Origin: Acaryochloris thomasi RCC1774
GTDB taxonomy: Bacteria; Cyanobacteriota; Cyanobacteriia; Thermosynechococcales; Thermosynechococcaceae
Length of the DNA stretch: 32,000 nt
Assembly: GCF_003231495.1 (NCBI RefSeq)
Contig: NZ_PQWO01000004.1
Span: 330,001-362,000 of the forward strand
Direction of reading: 5' to 3'
Within the stretch, counting starts at the first letter, position 1. Every line of letters begins with the position of its first letter. A program made the translations under genes and the position numbers. The notes beneath the pieces are model-generated. The model made no database searches, had not been told where the DNA came from, and saw only the letters and a program-made list of their open reading frames with translations. Positions 17,213 through 24,776 of this stretch are shown here, one piece after another.

Positions 17213-17949
17213 ATCGTCCAATTCGTATTGGGCTGATTGCAGAAGGTGAAGCAGAACTGGGACCGAGTGTGCCCTACATCAAACCTGAAGACGGCGGCAA
17301 GGCAATTGACAGAAACCAGGAAGGAGCACTTCATACGCTTATCAGGCGGGAGCTTCAAAGCATTGGTATCTCAGATTGTGAATTTGTTCAGAGGCACCCT
17401 CTGGCGAAGGAAAGTAAACGCCGGACAGGATATTCGATTCTGCAGCCGAAATATCTGGCTCAGGTCGTAATCTCGTGGTCTCCAGAAGAAGTCGACATGA
17501 TCCTCATTACGGTTGATTCCGACGATGAGCTATCTCAAAGGCAAAGCAAATTACAAAAAGCTTTGGAGACAATCCGTGAAAATCACTTTGATACCAATGA
17601 TCACCCAATTGATGATCAAAGTGTAGGAGGAATAGCAATACGTAACTTTGAAACATGGCTGCTGGCAGATTATCAGGCTGTGGCACAACTGCTAGCGCTA
17701 GATCTAGAAGAGATCGAAAGCTTAGAAGGCTCAGACAGTACGAAAGAGATCTTGGAGCAAGCAACTACTGATTCAACCTACCTTGCTAATGACTCTAGCA
17801 ATCAGCGCCCTCTCCGAGTTCGCTGGGATCTTGCCTTTAAAGTTGATCTGGATGTCGTGAAGTTCCGTTGTCCAGTGGGATATGGTGCGTTTATTCAGGA
17901 CTGTATGCAAACTGCGAGAGCAACCCAAGAGCGTATTGAATCGGAATAG
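17209..17949 (+). CDS. DUF4276-like protein with Toprim-type motifs (putative nuclease effector)
   Basis: The ATG overlaps the ATPase stop (ATGA at 17209-17212). IGLIAEGEAE (aa 7-16) is a Toprim glutamate motif, ILITVDSDDE (aa 98-107) is a DxD motif, and IRNFETWLLAD (aa 144-154) matches what I recall of the DUF4276 signature. The assignment is from memory and was not searched. Confidence 0.7.
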   Translation: MNRPIRIGLIAEGEAELGPSVPYIKPEDGGKAIDRNQEGALHTLIRRELQSIGISDCEFVQRHPLAKESKRRTGYSILQPKYLAQVVISWSPEEVDMILITVDSDDELSQRQSKLQKALETIRENHFDTNDHPIDDQSVGGIAIRNFETWLLADYQAVAQLLALDLEEIESLEGSDSTKEILEQATTDSTYLANDSSNQRPLRVRWDLAFKVDLDVVKFRCPVGYGAFIQDCMQTARATQERIESE

Positions 17950-17965
17950 CAGGCACTGTTGATTG

Positions 17966-18223
17966 CTACTCATAAATGGAACTTCTATGGCCCACTCTAA
18001 TCACAAGCACGATTAGCTCCGCGTCCTGGATACTATAGATAACGCGGTAGTTTCCAGAGCGTATGCGATAGAGATTCGTTTCACCCTTCAATTTTTTGCA
18101 GTCTCTAGGGCGAGGATTTTGTTCTAGCTCTCGTAGCTTTTTACCAATACGTTTTTGTTCAAGCTGTGGTAATTTCTTGAGTTTCTTAACGGCAGTCTTC
18201 TCGATATTGATGCGGTAGCTCAC
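17966..18223 (-). CDS. RelE/ParE family type II toxin
   Basis: KKLPQLEQKRIGKKLRELEQNPRP...LKGETNLYRIRSGNYRVIYSIQDAELIVLVIRVGHR is the classic RelE/ParE pattern. The GTG start overlaps the antitoxin stop (GTGA). Confidence 0.85.
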   Translation of the reverse strand: MSYRINIEKTAVKKLKKLPQLEQKRIGKKLRELEQNPRPRDCKKLKGETNLYRIRSGNYRVIYSIQDAELIVLVIRVGHRSSIYE

Positions 18224-18435
18224 AAACCTAGCTCAGCTTTTACCTCTGCCCAAGGGATTGCACTTCCGGGGGTTGCGCCAGCCAATACCTCCTGAGACAC
18301 CTGAATATCTTCCTGTTCTTCCGCAATTAAAGCTTCTGCAGCTTCCATGAGGAAATCCTCTACGGAGGCATAGCGGCCTTCTGATATAGCTTGATTAATA
18401 TATTGCTCTACTTGAGGACGCAGGGAGATGTCCAT
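18220..18435 (-). CDS. Type II antitoxin (ParD/RHH-like), partner of the RelE/ParE toxin
   Basis: 71-aa acidic protein directly upstream of, and overlapping, the toxin gene by 4 nt. The N-terminus MDISLRPQVEQYINQAISEGRYASVEDFLMEA resembles ParD-type antitoxins. Confidence 0.7.
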   Translation of the reverse strand: MDISLRPQVEQYINQAISEGRYASVEDFLMEAAEALIAEEQEDIQVSQEVLAGATPGSAIPWAEVKAELGL

Positions 18436-18535
18436 TGATTTTCCCCATATAGATTAGATATTTAGATCCTAGCCTAATGACGATAGGCTGCAGCAAGTGG
18501 TCAATTTCGGTCAGAGGGACTCTCCTAATCTATGG

Positions 18536-19366
18536 CTATCGAGGTCGCAGGATGCCAGGGGATGCGATCGCAACTCCACCCATCCCATCAACGGAATCTG
18601 GGCCCACCTGATAACACCCTGACCAAGCCGCCAAAAGCTGATTGGCCGACACTTCCATCCGCTGTAAATCGTTTTGAGATGCCCCGGCTTCCAGCCAAGC
18701 CTGAGGGATGCCCACTCGACCATTCAGCGCTCCAGAAAAAGCACCCGTCAGCAGCAAAGTGAGGGAAGAAACATCTGGAATGCGGTGGGCGCGCAGCACG
18801 CTGAGCTGAAATTGTTCCGCCGTACTCAGCCAGCAATAGAATGCTAAGGCAATCGCAACCTCAGTGTGTTGAGGATCTCCGAGTTTTTGAATGGCAATCG
18901 CTAAAGAATCTCGCCGAGTCAATAATATCTGGACCTGTCTTAATTTCTGAGAGAGCGTTTCATCTGGTAAAAGCTGAACCAACTTCGGCAGCAGCTCAAA
19001 AGGAGCCATTTGCGGCTTGAGAGCAGCAGCAATACTCTCAGCAACCACAAAGCCTACATCTTGAATCGCTTGAGGAATTGCATTCATGATCGCTTGTCTC
19101 AGCTTTTGAGCGTCGTCATGGAAGTAGAGCGCTATGGGTATTGTTGATGCAATCGCTCTATTGGTTTCGGCTACGAGTGGGGGGGCTGACCGGGTTGCAA
19201 TCAGAGATTGGGCTGACGTTGCGATCGCAAAAGATAAACTAGAGACCACCCGATCACGGTCCCCTCTTTCTTGGGGCTGTTCCGTGGGATTGGGATACGG
19301 CAAAATTTCACCCACTAGCGCTCCAGTGAGCGCCCCTCTAAATCGATTGATGAGCGAGTAAGGCAT
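18536..19366 (-). CDS. ADP-ribosylglycohydrolase (ARH/DraG) fold protein with divergent active-site motifs
   Basis: The N-terminus RFRGALTGALVGEIL aligns with the ARH motif G.a.GDALG. The C-terminus IPDVSSLTLLLTGAFSGALNGRVGIPQAWL aligns with GGDADTTGALAGMLAGATYG...IP..W. It contains HIP1 sites at 18564 and 19221. Confidence 0.55.
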   Translation of the reverse strand: MPYSLINRFRGALTGALVGEILPYPNPTEQPQERGDRDRVVSSLSFAIATSAQSLIATRSAPPLVAETNRAIASTIPIALYFHDDAQKLRQAIMNAIPQAIQDVGFVVAESIAAALKPQMAPFELLPKLVQLLPDETLSQKLRQVQILLTRRDSLAIAIQKLGDPQHTEVAIALAFYCWLSTAEQFQLSVLRAHRIPDVSSLTLLLTGAFSGALNGRVGIPQAWLEAGASQNDLQRMEVSANQLLAAWSGCYQVGPDSVDGMGGVAIASPGILRPR

Positions 19367-19450
19367 AGGTTCTTTGCTTGAGAATGCGATAGGAACAACA
19401 TATAAACCAGTTGATTCTACCCTCGTTAACCGCTTGAGCTGTCTCAGACT

Positions 19451-20542
19451 TCATCGACAATCTGTAGAGCCTGATTGCTGCACTACGCTGAAGGGCTTTG
19501 CACCTGCAAAGACAATATCTCTCCGATCATGGTGAATCAGTAGCTGTCGCTGCGACGGACTATTTTTCCACTCCCCCATCAAGACATAGTTCTCAATAGC
19601 AAAGGGGATAAAGTCAAAGTCTAGATGGTGTGGCTCTGCCTGCCGACTACTCATAAAGGCCAGCCTAAAGAGACGCGGCCAAAAGAGGGTCCGCCAGTAT
19701 CGACGCTGCACTTTGAATTGGGGCACGAACAGTCTGCAGAGATTGGGCGACGCGAAAGCAATACTCAATGACAAAGAGCTGCCTGACGAAATGAGATTCT
19801 TGGCATTGAGCATTACATTTATATCTTCTGCTAGAGATGAAGACTGCACCCTTACGCCGGGAATCAGACGTCTAAGCTGGGCAACACATAAATTTTCTGC
19901 ATCCTCTGCCACAACCACAATCTTGCTGAAGCCAAACTTCTCAATCACCTCTAAATAAAAACTTAAGGGAGGGGGAAGGAGACCTGGGTGAGGTCTTTTG
20001 GAAAAGATATCTCCTGAGCGGACGTGAATAACGAGGGTATCCTCTGCCATAGATGCGTTTTTCCGGTAGGGGAGTAGAGGCAGAACCCTAGCTCTAAGAA
20101 TGCGCCGATAGTCTGCCAGCTTAGGCACCAGCGGAAATACATCGTAGCTGAAGTAAAAACATCTCAATAAAAATTTGCCGCACTCAGGTCTAGCTTGGGT
20201 CGGGCTCAGGAGATCCCTCAACAGAACTTTAGGAGTGGCAACCCCTATATTGTTGCAATGGCCGTTATTCGTCGGATGGATACTGCCGATCGCCTCCACT
20301 GACAAAAAAGGATGCTGGGGAAAAGATAGCGGCAACCCCAGTCGTTGAGACAGCATCTCTGCATGGGCGATTTGAATAATATTGTTTCCAAGCCTACCGT
20401 GCCAGCGTCTCAGATAAATCTGACCGTTGCTCTCCCTCAGCCACATCTGCAATTTTGCGATTCTAAGCATAATTAGGCCAAAAACCTGCAGTAGGGCAGC
20501 TGGGTAAAGCAGCTTCTTGCCCTTTCTAAATTTATTGTTCAT
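19451..20542 (-). CDS. Putative glycosyltransferase with fucosyltransferase-like (GT11-type) motifs; start uncertain
   Basis: GRLGNNIIQIAHA resembles GT11 motif I (GGLGNQMFQYA), and LVIHVRSGDIF resembles the HxRRGD motif. The track ORF begins at a TTG at 20608. The first ATG at 20542 would give a hydrophobic N-terminal anchor. Confidence 0.55.
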   Translation of the reverse strand: MNNKFRKGKKLLYPAALLQVFGLIMLRIAKLQMWLRESNGQIYLRRWHGRLGNNIIQIAHAEMLSQRLGLPLSFPQHPFLSVEAIGSIHPTNNGHCNNIGVATPKVLLRDLLSPTQARPECGKFLLRCFYFSYDVFPLVPKLADYRRILRARVLPLLPYRKNASMAEDTLVIHVRSGDIFSKRPHPGLLPPPLSFYLEVIEKFGFSKIVVVAEDAENLCVAQLRRLIPGVRVQSSSLAEDINVMLNAKNLISSGSSLSLSIAFASPNLCRLFVPQFKVQRRYWRTLFWPRLFRLAFMSSRQAEPHHLDFDFIPFAIENYVLMGEWKNSPSQRQLLIHHDRRDIVFAGAKPFSVVQQSGSTDCR

Positions 20543-20716
20543 TCTGAGCAATAGATGAAGAATTGGCCTTGAGCCTAAAGCTATAGCAGAAATATCCTGA
20601 ACCTTCAAGAACGAAAATATCCGCTTGACTCGCTACTGGTATATATGTACTATGTAACTCCACGGCTACACCCATAAAAAATAGCCCGTGTTTGAACGTC
20701 TGACTGTGAGGCAACT

Positions 20717-21793
20717 ATGGCGACTGATGCATCCGGCAAACAAGCCGCACTCAATACGGTTCTCAATCAACTAGAACGTACCTTTGGAAAAGGTTCGATC
20801 ATGCGTCTAGGCGATGCCAGCCGTATGCAGGTAGAAACGATTTCGAGTGGCGCTTTAACGCTTGACTTGGCCTTGGGGGGCGGTCTGCCCAAAGGGCGTG
20901 TGATTGAAATCTATGGCCCTGAAAGCTCGGGTAAAACCACCGTAGCTCTCCATGCGATCGCAGAAATTCAGCGTAATGATGGCGTTGCCGCCTTTGTCGA
21001 TGCCGAGCATGCCCTTGATCCGACCTATGCTGCCGCTCTAGGGGTCGATATCGAAAATCTGCTGGTCTCTCAGCCTGACTCTGGTGAAATGGCGCTAGAG
21101 ATTGTCGATCAGCTGGTCCGCTCTAGCGCCGTAGATTTGGTGGTGATCGATTCTGTGGCGGCCCTCACCCCTCGCGCTGAGATTGAAGGAGAAATGGGCG
21201 ACTCGCATATGGGCCTGCAGGCTAGACTAATGAGTCAGGCCTTACGGAAAGTGACTAGCAATATTAGTAAGTCCGGCTGCACCGTTATTTTCCTGAATCA
21301 ACTGCGGCAAAAAATTGGCATTACCTACGGCAGTCCCGAAGTCACAACAGGTGGCAACGCTCTGAAGTTCTATGCCTCAGTACGCCTTGATATTCGCCGG
21401 ATTCAAACTCTGAAAAAAGGCACCGAAGGCTACGGTATCCGAGCAAAGGTCAAGGTGGTCAAAAATAAAGTTGCACCGCCGTTTCGGATTGCTGAGTTCG
21501 ATATTCTGTTTGGTCAGGGGATTTCGACCCTGGGCTGCCTTGTCGATTTAGCAGAAGAGACCCAGGTGATTATTCGTAAGGGGGCCTGGTATAGCTACGA
21601 TGGCCGCAACATTGGCCAAGGCCGCGAGAACACGATTAAGTACCTGGTTGAGAACCCTGAGGTGATGCAAACAGTAGAGCAGCAAGTGCGACAAAAATTA
21701 GCGATGGGTGCAGAGGTATCAGCGACCTCTGTTGTGCAGAAAGCTGAGGAGGAAGAGGCGGCTCCCAAAGCGCTAGAGCCTGTTGCAGCGTAG
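20717..21793 (+). CDS. recA: Recombinase RecA
   Basis: Unmistakable RecA sequence: [11 protein letters not shown], Walker [10 protein letters not shown], and VVIDSVAAL. Confidence 0.97.
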   Translation: MATDASGKQAALNTVLNQLERTFGKGSIMRLGDASRMQVETISSGALTLDLALGGGLPKGRVIEIYGPESSGKTTVALHAIAEIQRNDGVAAFVDAEHALDPTYAAALGVDIENLLVSQPDSGEMALEIVDQLVRSSAVDLVVIDSVAALTPRAEIEGEMGDSHMGLQARLMSQALRKVTSNISKSGCTVIFLNQLRQKIGITYGSPEVTTGGNALKFYASVRLDIRRIQTLKKGTEGYGIRAKVKVVKNKVAPPFRIAEFDILFGQGISTLGCLVDLAEETQVIIRKGAWYSYDGRNIGQGRENTIKYLVENPEVMQTVEQQVRQKLAMGAEVSATSVVQKAEEEEAAPKALEPVAA

Positions 21794-21832
21794 TCTTCTG
21801 ATGTTCTGTTTTACCCATTAAGTGCTCCATCT

Positions 21833-21870
21833 CCCCATGACGGCTACAGAGCCACCATGGGGATTTTTTT
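21833..21870 (+). terminator. Rho-independent terminator downstream of recA
   Basis: The stem CCCCATG (21833-21839) pairs with CATGGGG (21856-21862). An inner GGCT/AGCC pairing is also possible. A T7 run follows at 21864-21870. Confidence 0.6.
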
Positions 21871-21882
21871 AGGATGTTATTG

Positions 21883-22158
21883 TCAAGGAGCGACGGCGTC
21901 TTTGAATACTTTGCCTGCACTGAATGCCGGGACGGTTGTTGCCGGAATCGTCAGTGCTTTACCCGTTTTAGGGTTGCGTCCTTCTCTTGCTTTGCGATCG
22001 CGGGGTTCAAAGCTACCAAAACCAACCAAGGTGACTTTATCCCCCTGACTTACGGTGTCAACGATAGTATCGATGGTGGCGCTAACGATCTCGTCAGCCT
22101 GTTTTTTGGTGACGCCTGCCTTATCGGCCACGGCATTCACTAGTTCAGCTTTATTCAT
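21883..22158 (-). CDS. hup: DNA-binding protein HU
   Basis: MNKAELVNAVADKAGVTKKQADEIV...GFGSFEPRDRKAREGRNPKTGKALTIPA is canonical HU. I chose the ATG at 22158; the track ORF extends further, to 22188. Confidence 0.9.
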   Translation of the reverse strand: MNKAELVNAVADKAGVTKKQADEIVSATIDTIVDTVSQGDKVTLVGFGSFEPRDRKAREGRNPKTGKALTIPATTVPAFSAGKVFKDAVAP

Positions 22159-22224
22159 GGATAATGTCCTCACAATATTGGTGAGCATTGTATCTCAAGG
22201 TTTACAGAAAGCAAACACTCTGTT

Positions 22225-23562
22225 ATGCAACAGTCTGCTCGAAGTCATGCAATTTATCAGTCTCTAGCCCAAGAAATGCAGGCTAGCCTGAGCTTGAGTG
22301 CCCAGCAGCAAGCGGCTTTAGAGCAGCTTCACGATTTTGTGAATGGCTCTGAGTCATTCTTTGTGCTGGAGGGCTATGCCGGGACGGGGAAGACGACGCT
22401 GCTGCAGGCCTTTGTCGCTCAGCTGCAGGGGCAAGGCGATCATCGTCCGATTGTGTTTAGTGCCTTTACCAATAAGGCGACGAAGGTACTGGCCCAAATG
22501 ATGGCGGAGTGGGGGCTGGGCATTGACTGCCTCACCTGCTGTCAGCTCTTAGGGCTGCGGCCCCAGATTAATCAAGAAACGGGGGAGCAGGAGTTTATTC
22601 CTGATAAAGATCAGAAAAGCTCGTTTGAAAAGTATGCCCTGGTGGTGGTGGACGAGTGTTCAATGGTGAATCAAAACCTATGGGAACTCTTGATCACAGA
22701 AGTTGCCTGCTTTCATACCTCGGTGCAGCTTTTGTTTGTGGGGGATTCGGCGCAGCTACCGCCGATTAATGAGGTTTGCTCCCAAACCTTTGTTGCGATC
22801 GCAAATAAAGCTTTGCTCACCGACGTCATTCGCTACGGTGGTGCCATTGGAGTGCTTGCTGAATCGATCCGCTGCGGCTTAGACTCTCAGCGCTTACCCC
22901 CGCTCGTTACCGACCTCAACGCCGAGCAAACAGAAGGCACGGTGGTTTTAAGAACATCGGATTGGGAGCGACAGTTGGTGCGGGCCTTTAGATGCGATCT
23001 CTCTCAGTCCGACCCCGACTATGTGCGGGCCTTGGCCTATACAAATAAGCGCGTCAACGCCCTTAATCGTCAAATCCGAGACGCTATCTTTGGGTGCGAA
23101 GTCCCTCGGTTTGTCCCTGACGAGCGCCTGATTGCCATGCATCCGATCTTTGGTAATGAAGAGGAAATTTTGATGCAGACCTCCTCTGAATGCATCGTCG
23201 AAGAAGCCTGGGAAGACGAATCAAAAGGCTGGCGGATCTGGTGCTTGTATGTCGAGAACGACGCTAATCTCGTGTTTACGCTACGAGTTTTGCATGAATC
23301 TGAGCAGGGAAGATTGAAGCGAGAGTTAAATAAGCTGGCAGAGGCAAAGCAGTGGCAAGACTTTTGGGCTTTGAAGCAGCGCTTTGCCAGCGTTAACTAT
23401 AGCTATGCCCTGACCATTCATAAATCCCAGGGCTCTACTTTCCAAAATGTCTTTCTTGATCTCCCTGATATTATGCGAAATCGGAATGCACGAGAACGCA
23501 ATCAGCTACTGTATGTGGCTGTAACAAGAGCCGCTAAACGTCTTTTCATTCGCCATGCTTAA
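22225..23562 (+). CDS. SF1B RecD/Dda-like DNA helicase (AAA_30 plus UvrD_C_2-type)
   Basis: Walker A is GYAGTGKTT and Walker B is VVVDECSMV. Also present are FVGDSAQLPPI, LTIHKSQGSTF and LYVAVTRAAKRL. The start could instead be the ATG at 22276. Confidence 0.8.
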   Translation: MQQSARSHAIYQSLAQEMQASLSLSAQQQAALEQLHDFVNGSESFFVLEGYAGTGKTTLLQAFVAQLQGQGDHRPIVFSAFTNKATKVLAQMMAEWGLGIDCLTCCQLLGLRPQINQETGEQEFIPDKDQKSSFEKYALVVVDECSMVNQNLWELLITEVACFHTSVQLLFVGDSAQLPPINEVCSQTFVAIANKALLTDVIRYGGAIGVLAESIRCGLDSQRLPPLVTDLNAEQTEGTVVLRTSDWERQLVRAFRCDLSQSDPDYVRALAYTNKRVNALNRQIRDAIFGCEVPRFVPDERLIAMHPIFGNEEEILMQTSSECIVEEAWEDESKGWRIWCLYVENDANLVFTLRVLHESEQGRLKRELNKLAEAKQWQDFWALKQRFASVNYSYALTIHKSQGSTFQNVFLDLPDIMRNRNARERNQLLYVAVTRAAKRLFIRHA

Positions 23563-23732
23563 AAGCTTGAAGTTGAATCTGGCGCAGGTACACCCGCTGC
23601 CGCGAAGGGATGAGCTTACACTGACTCCTTCGCAACCCCGTCAAGGCTAGTTTGGCCGATCAGTATCCTGATGAAAAAACTCTGAGCAGAGCCTTAAAGA
23701 CTCAGCACCGTATACACTCTTACCGCCCTCTA

Positions 23733-23744
23733 CGTGTATACACG
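23733..23744. promoter_or_regulatory. Perfect 12-bp palindrome CGTGTATACACG, with a related half-site CCGTATACAC at 23708-23717, upstream of the sigma-factor gene
   Basis: Read directly from the sequence, ~140-170 nt upstream of the ATG at 23880. Confidence 0.25.
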
Positions 23745-23879
23745 GAGTGGTTTCTCCGTATAAATGCGGAGGTCTTGAGCTCACGACAACAGAAAGTTCA
23801 GTAATTTAACGATAGTGTGGCTGACGCCGTTTCTTAATAATGACTTCCATAGGGCTTAATCAACTGTTAGCGAAACACT

Positions 23880-24680
23880 ATGGCTTACCAAACGACTCTT
23901 CAATCTCAATCGATGGAATTGTTGGTTTCTTACCGTCAGGAACCCTCAGTTCGTCTCAGAAATAGACTCGTCCGTCTCAATATGGGACTGGTACGCAAGG
24001 TTGCTCACCGGCTCGCCAACCAGTGTGCAGAACCCTACGAAGATTTAGAGCAGTGTGGTTACATGGGGTTGATCACTGCCATTGAACGCTTTGACCCCAC
24101 TCAGGGCTACGCCTTCAGCTCCTTTGCTGTTCCCTACATTCGCGGTGAAATTCTTCACTTTTTGCGGGATCGCGCCAATACCGTTCGCGTTCCTCGTCGC
24201 TGGCAGCAGCTCAACAGAGAAGGCGCTAAAGTCCGTCAAGATCTGACGATGGAGTTGGGTCGCCAGCCCAGTGACCAAGAACTTGCTGATGCTTTAGATT
24301 TATCTATGAATGAGTGGCGCTCCGTGAAGCTTGCTGCATCTAATCGAACGCCACTGAGCTTGAATGCCCGCGTTTCTTCGAGTCACCACCAGCAGTCTGA
24401 ATCAGCAATGACGCTGGGCGATACATTGACGGATACACGTTATCAAATGTTGCAGGTGAATGAAGAGGACCGCATTGAGCTGCAGCATGCCCTCAACCAG
24501 CTTGAAGATAAGACCCGCGAAATGATTGAGTCGGTCTTCTTTCATCAGCTCTCTCGTCAGGAAGTGGCCAAGCGCATTGGTGTCAGCCCCGTCACAGTCA
24601 CTCGCCGCATTAAGAAAGGGGTCGATGAGCTAGTAGAGCTGCTACAGAATCAGTCGCAGGCACAGGCCACAGCTTCTTAG
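23880..24680 (+). CDS. RNA polymerase sigma factor, sigma-70 family group 3 (SigF/SigJ-like)
   Basis: Region 2 is GLVRKVAHRL...YEDLEQCGYMGLITAIERFDPTQGYAFSSFAVPYIRGEILHFLRD. Region 4 HTH is LSRQEVAKRIGVSPVTVTRRIKKG. It lacks the long region 1.1/1.2 of group 1/2 sigma factors. Confidence 0.9.
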   Translation: MAYQTTLQSQSMELLVSYRQEPSVRLRNRLVRLNMGLVRKVAHRLANQCAEPYEDLEQCGYMGLITAIERFDPTQGYAFSSFAVPYIRGEILHFLRDRANTVRVPRRWQQLNREGAKVRQDLTMELGRQPSDQELADALDLSMNEWRSVKLAASNRTPLSLNARVSSSHHQQSESAMTLGDTLTDTRYQMLQVNEEDRIELQHALNQLEDKTREMIESVFFHQLSRQEVAKRIGVSPVTVTRRIKKGVDELVELLQNQSQAQATAS

Positions 24681-24776
24681 TTTCAAGTTTCTTCGCTCTC
24701 TAGGTGTCGCGGAGGTTTTGCATCCACCCAATGCCCTCATCAACACCCTAAGCCCAAGCAGGCTCAGGGTGTTTTC

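Noticed and set aside
15866-18563. A HIP1-free gap of ~2.7 kb covering the ATPase/Toprim and RelE/ParE genes, considered as evidence of foreign origin.
   Set aside because: Equally long or longer HIP1-free gaps occur over apparently core genes (6096-9651, 9660-12770, 27719-32000). The gap alone is therefore not informative; the composition shift is the better, though still weak, signal.
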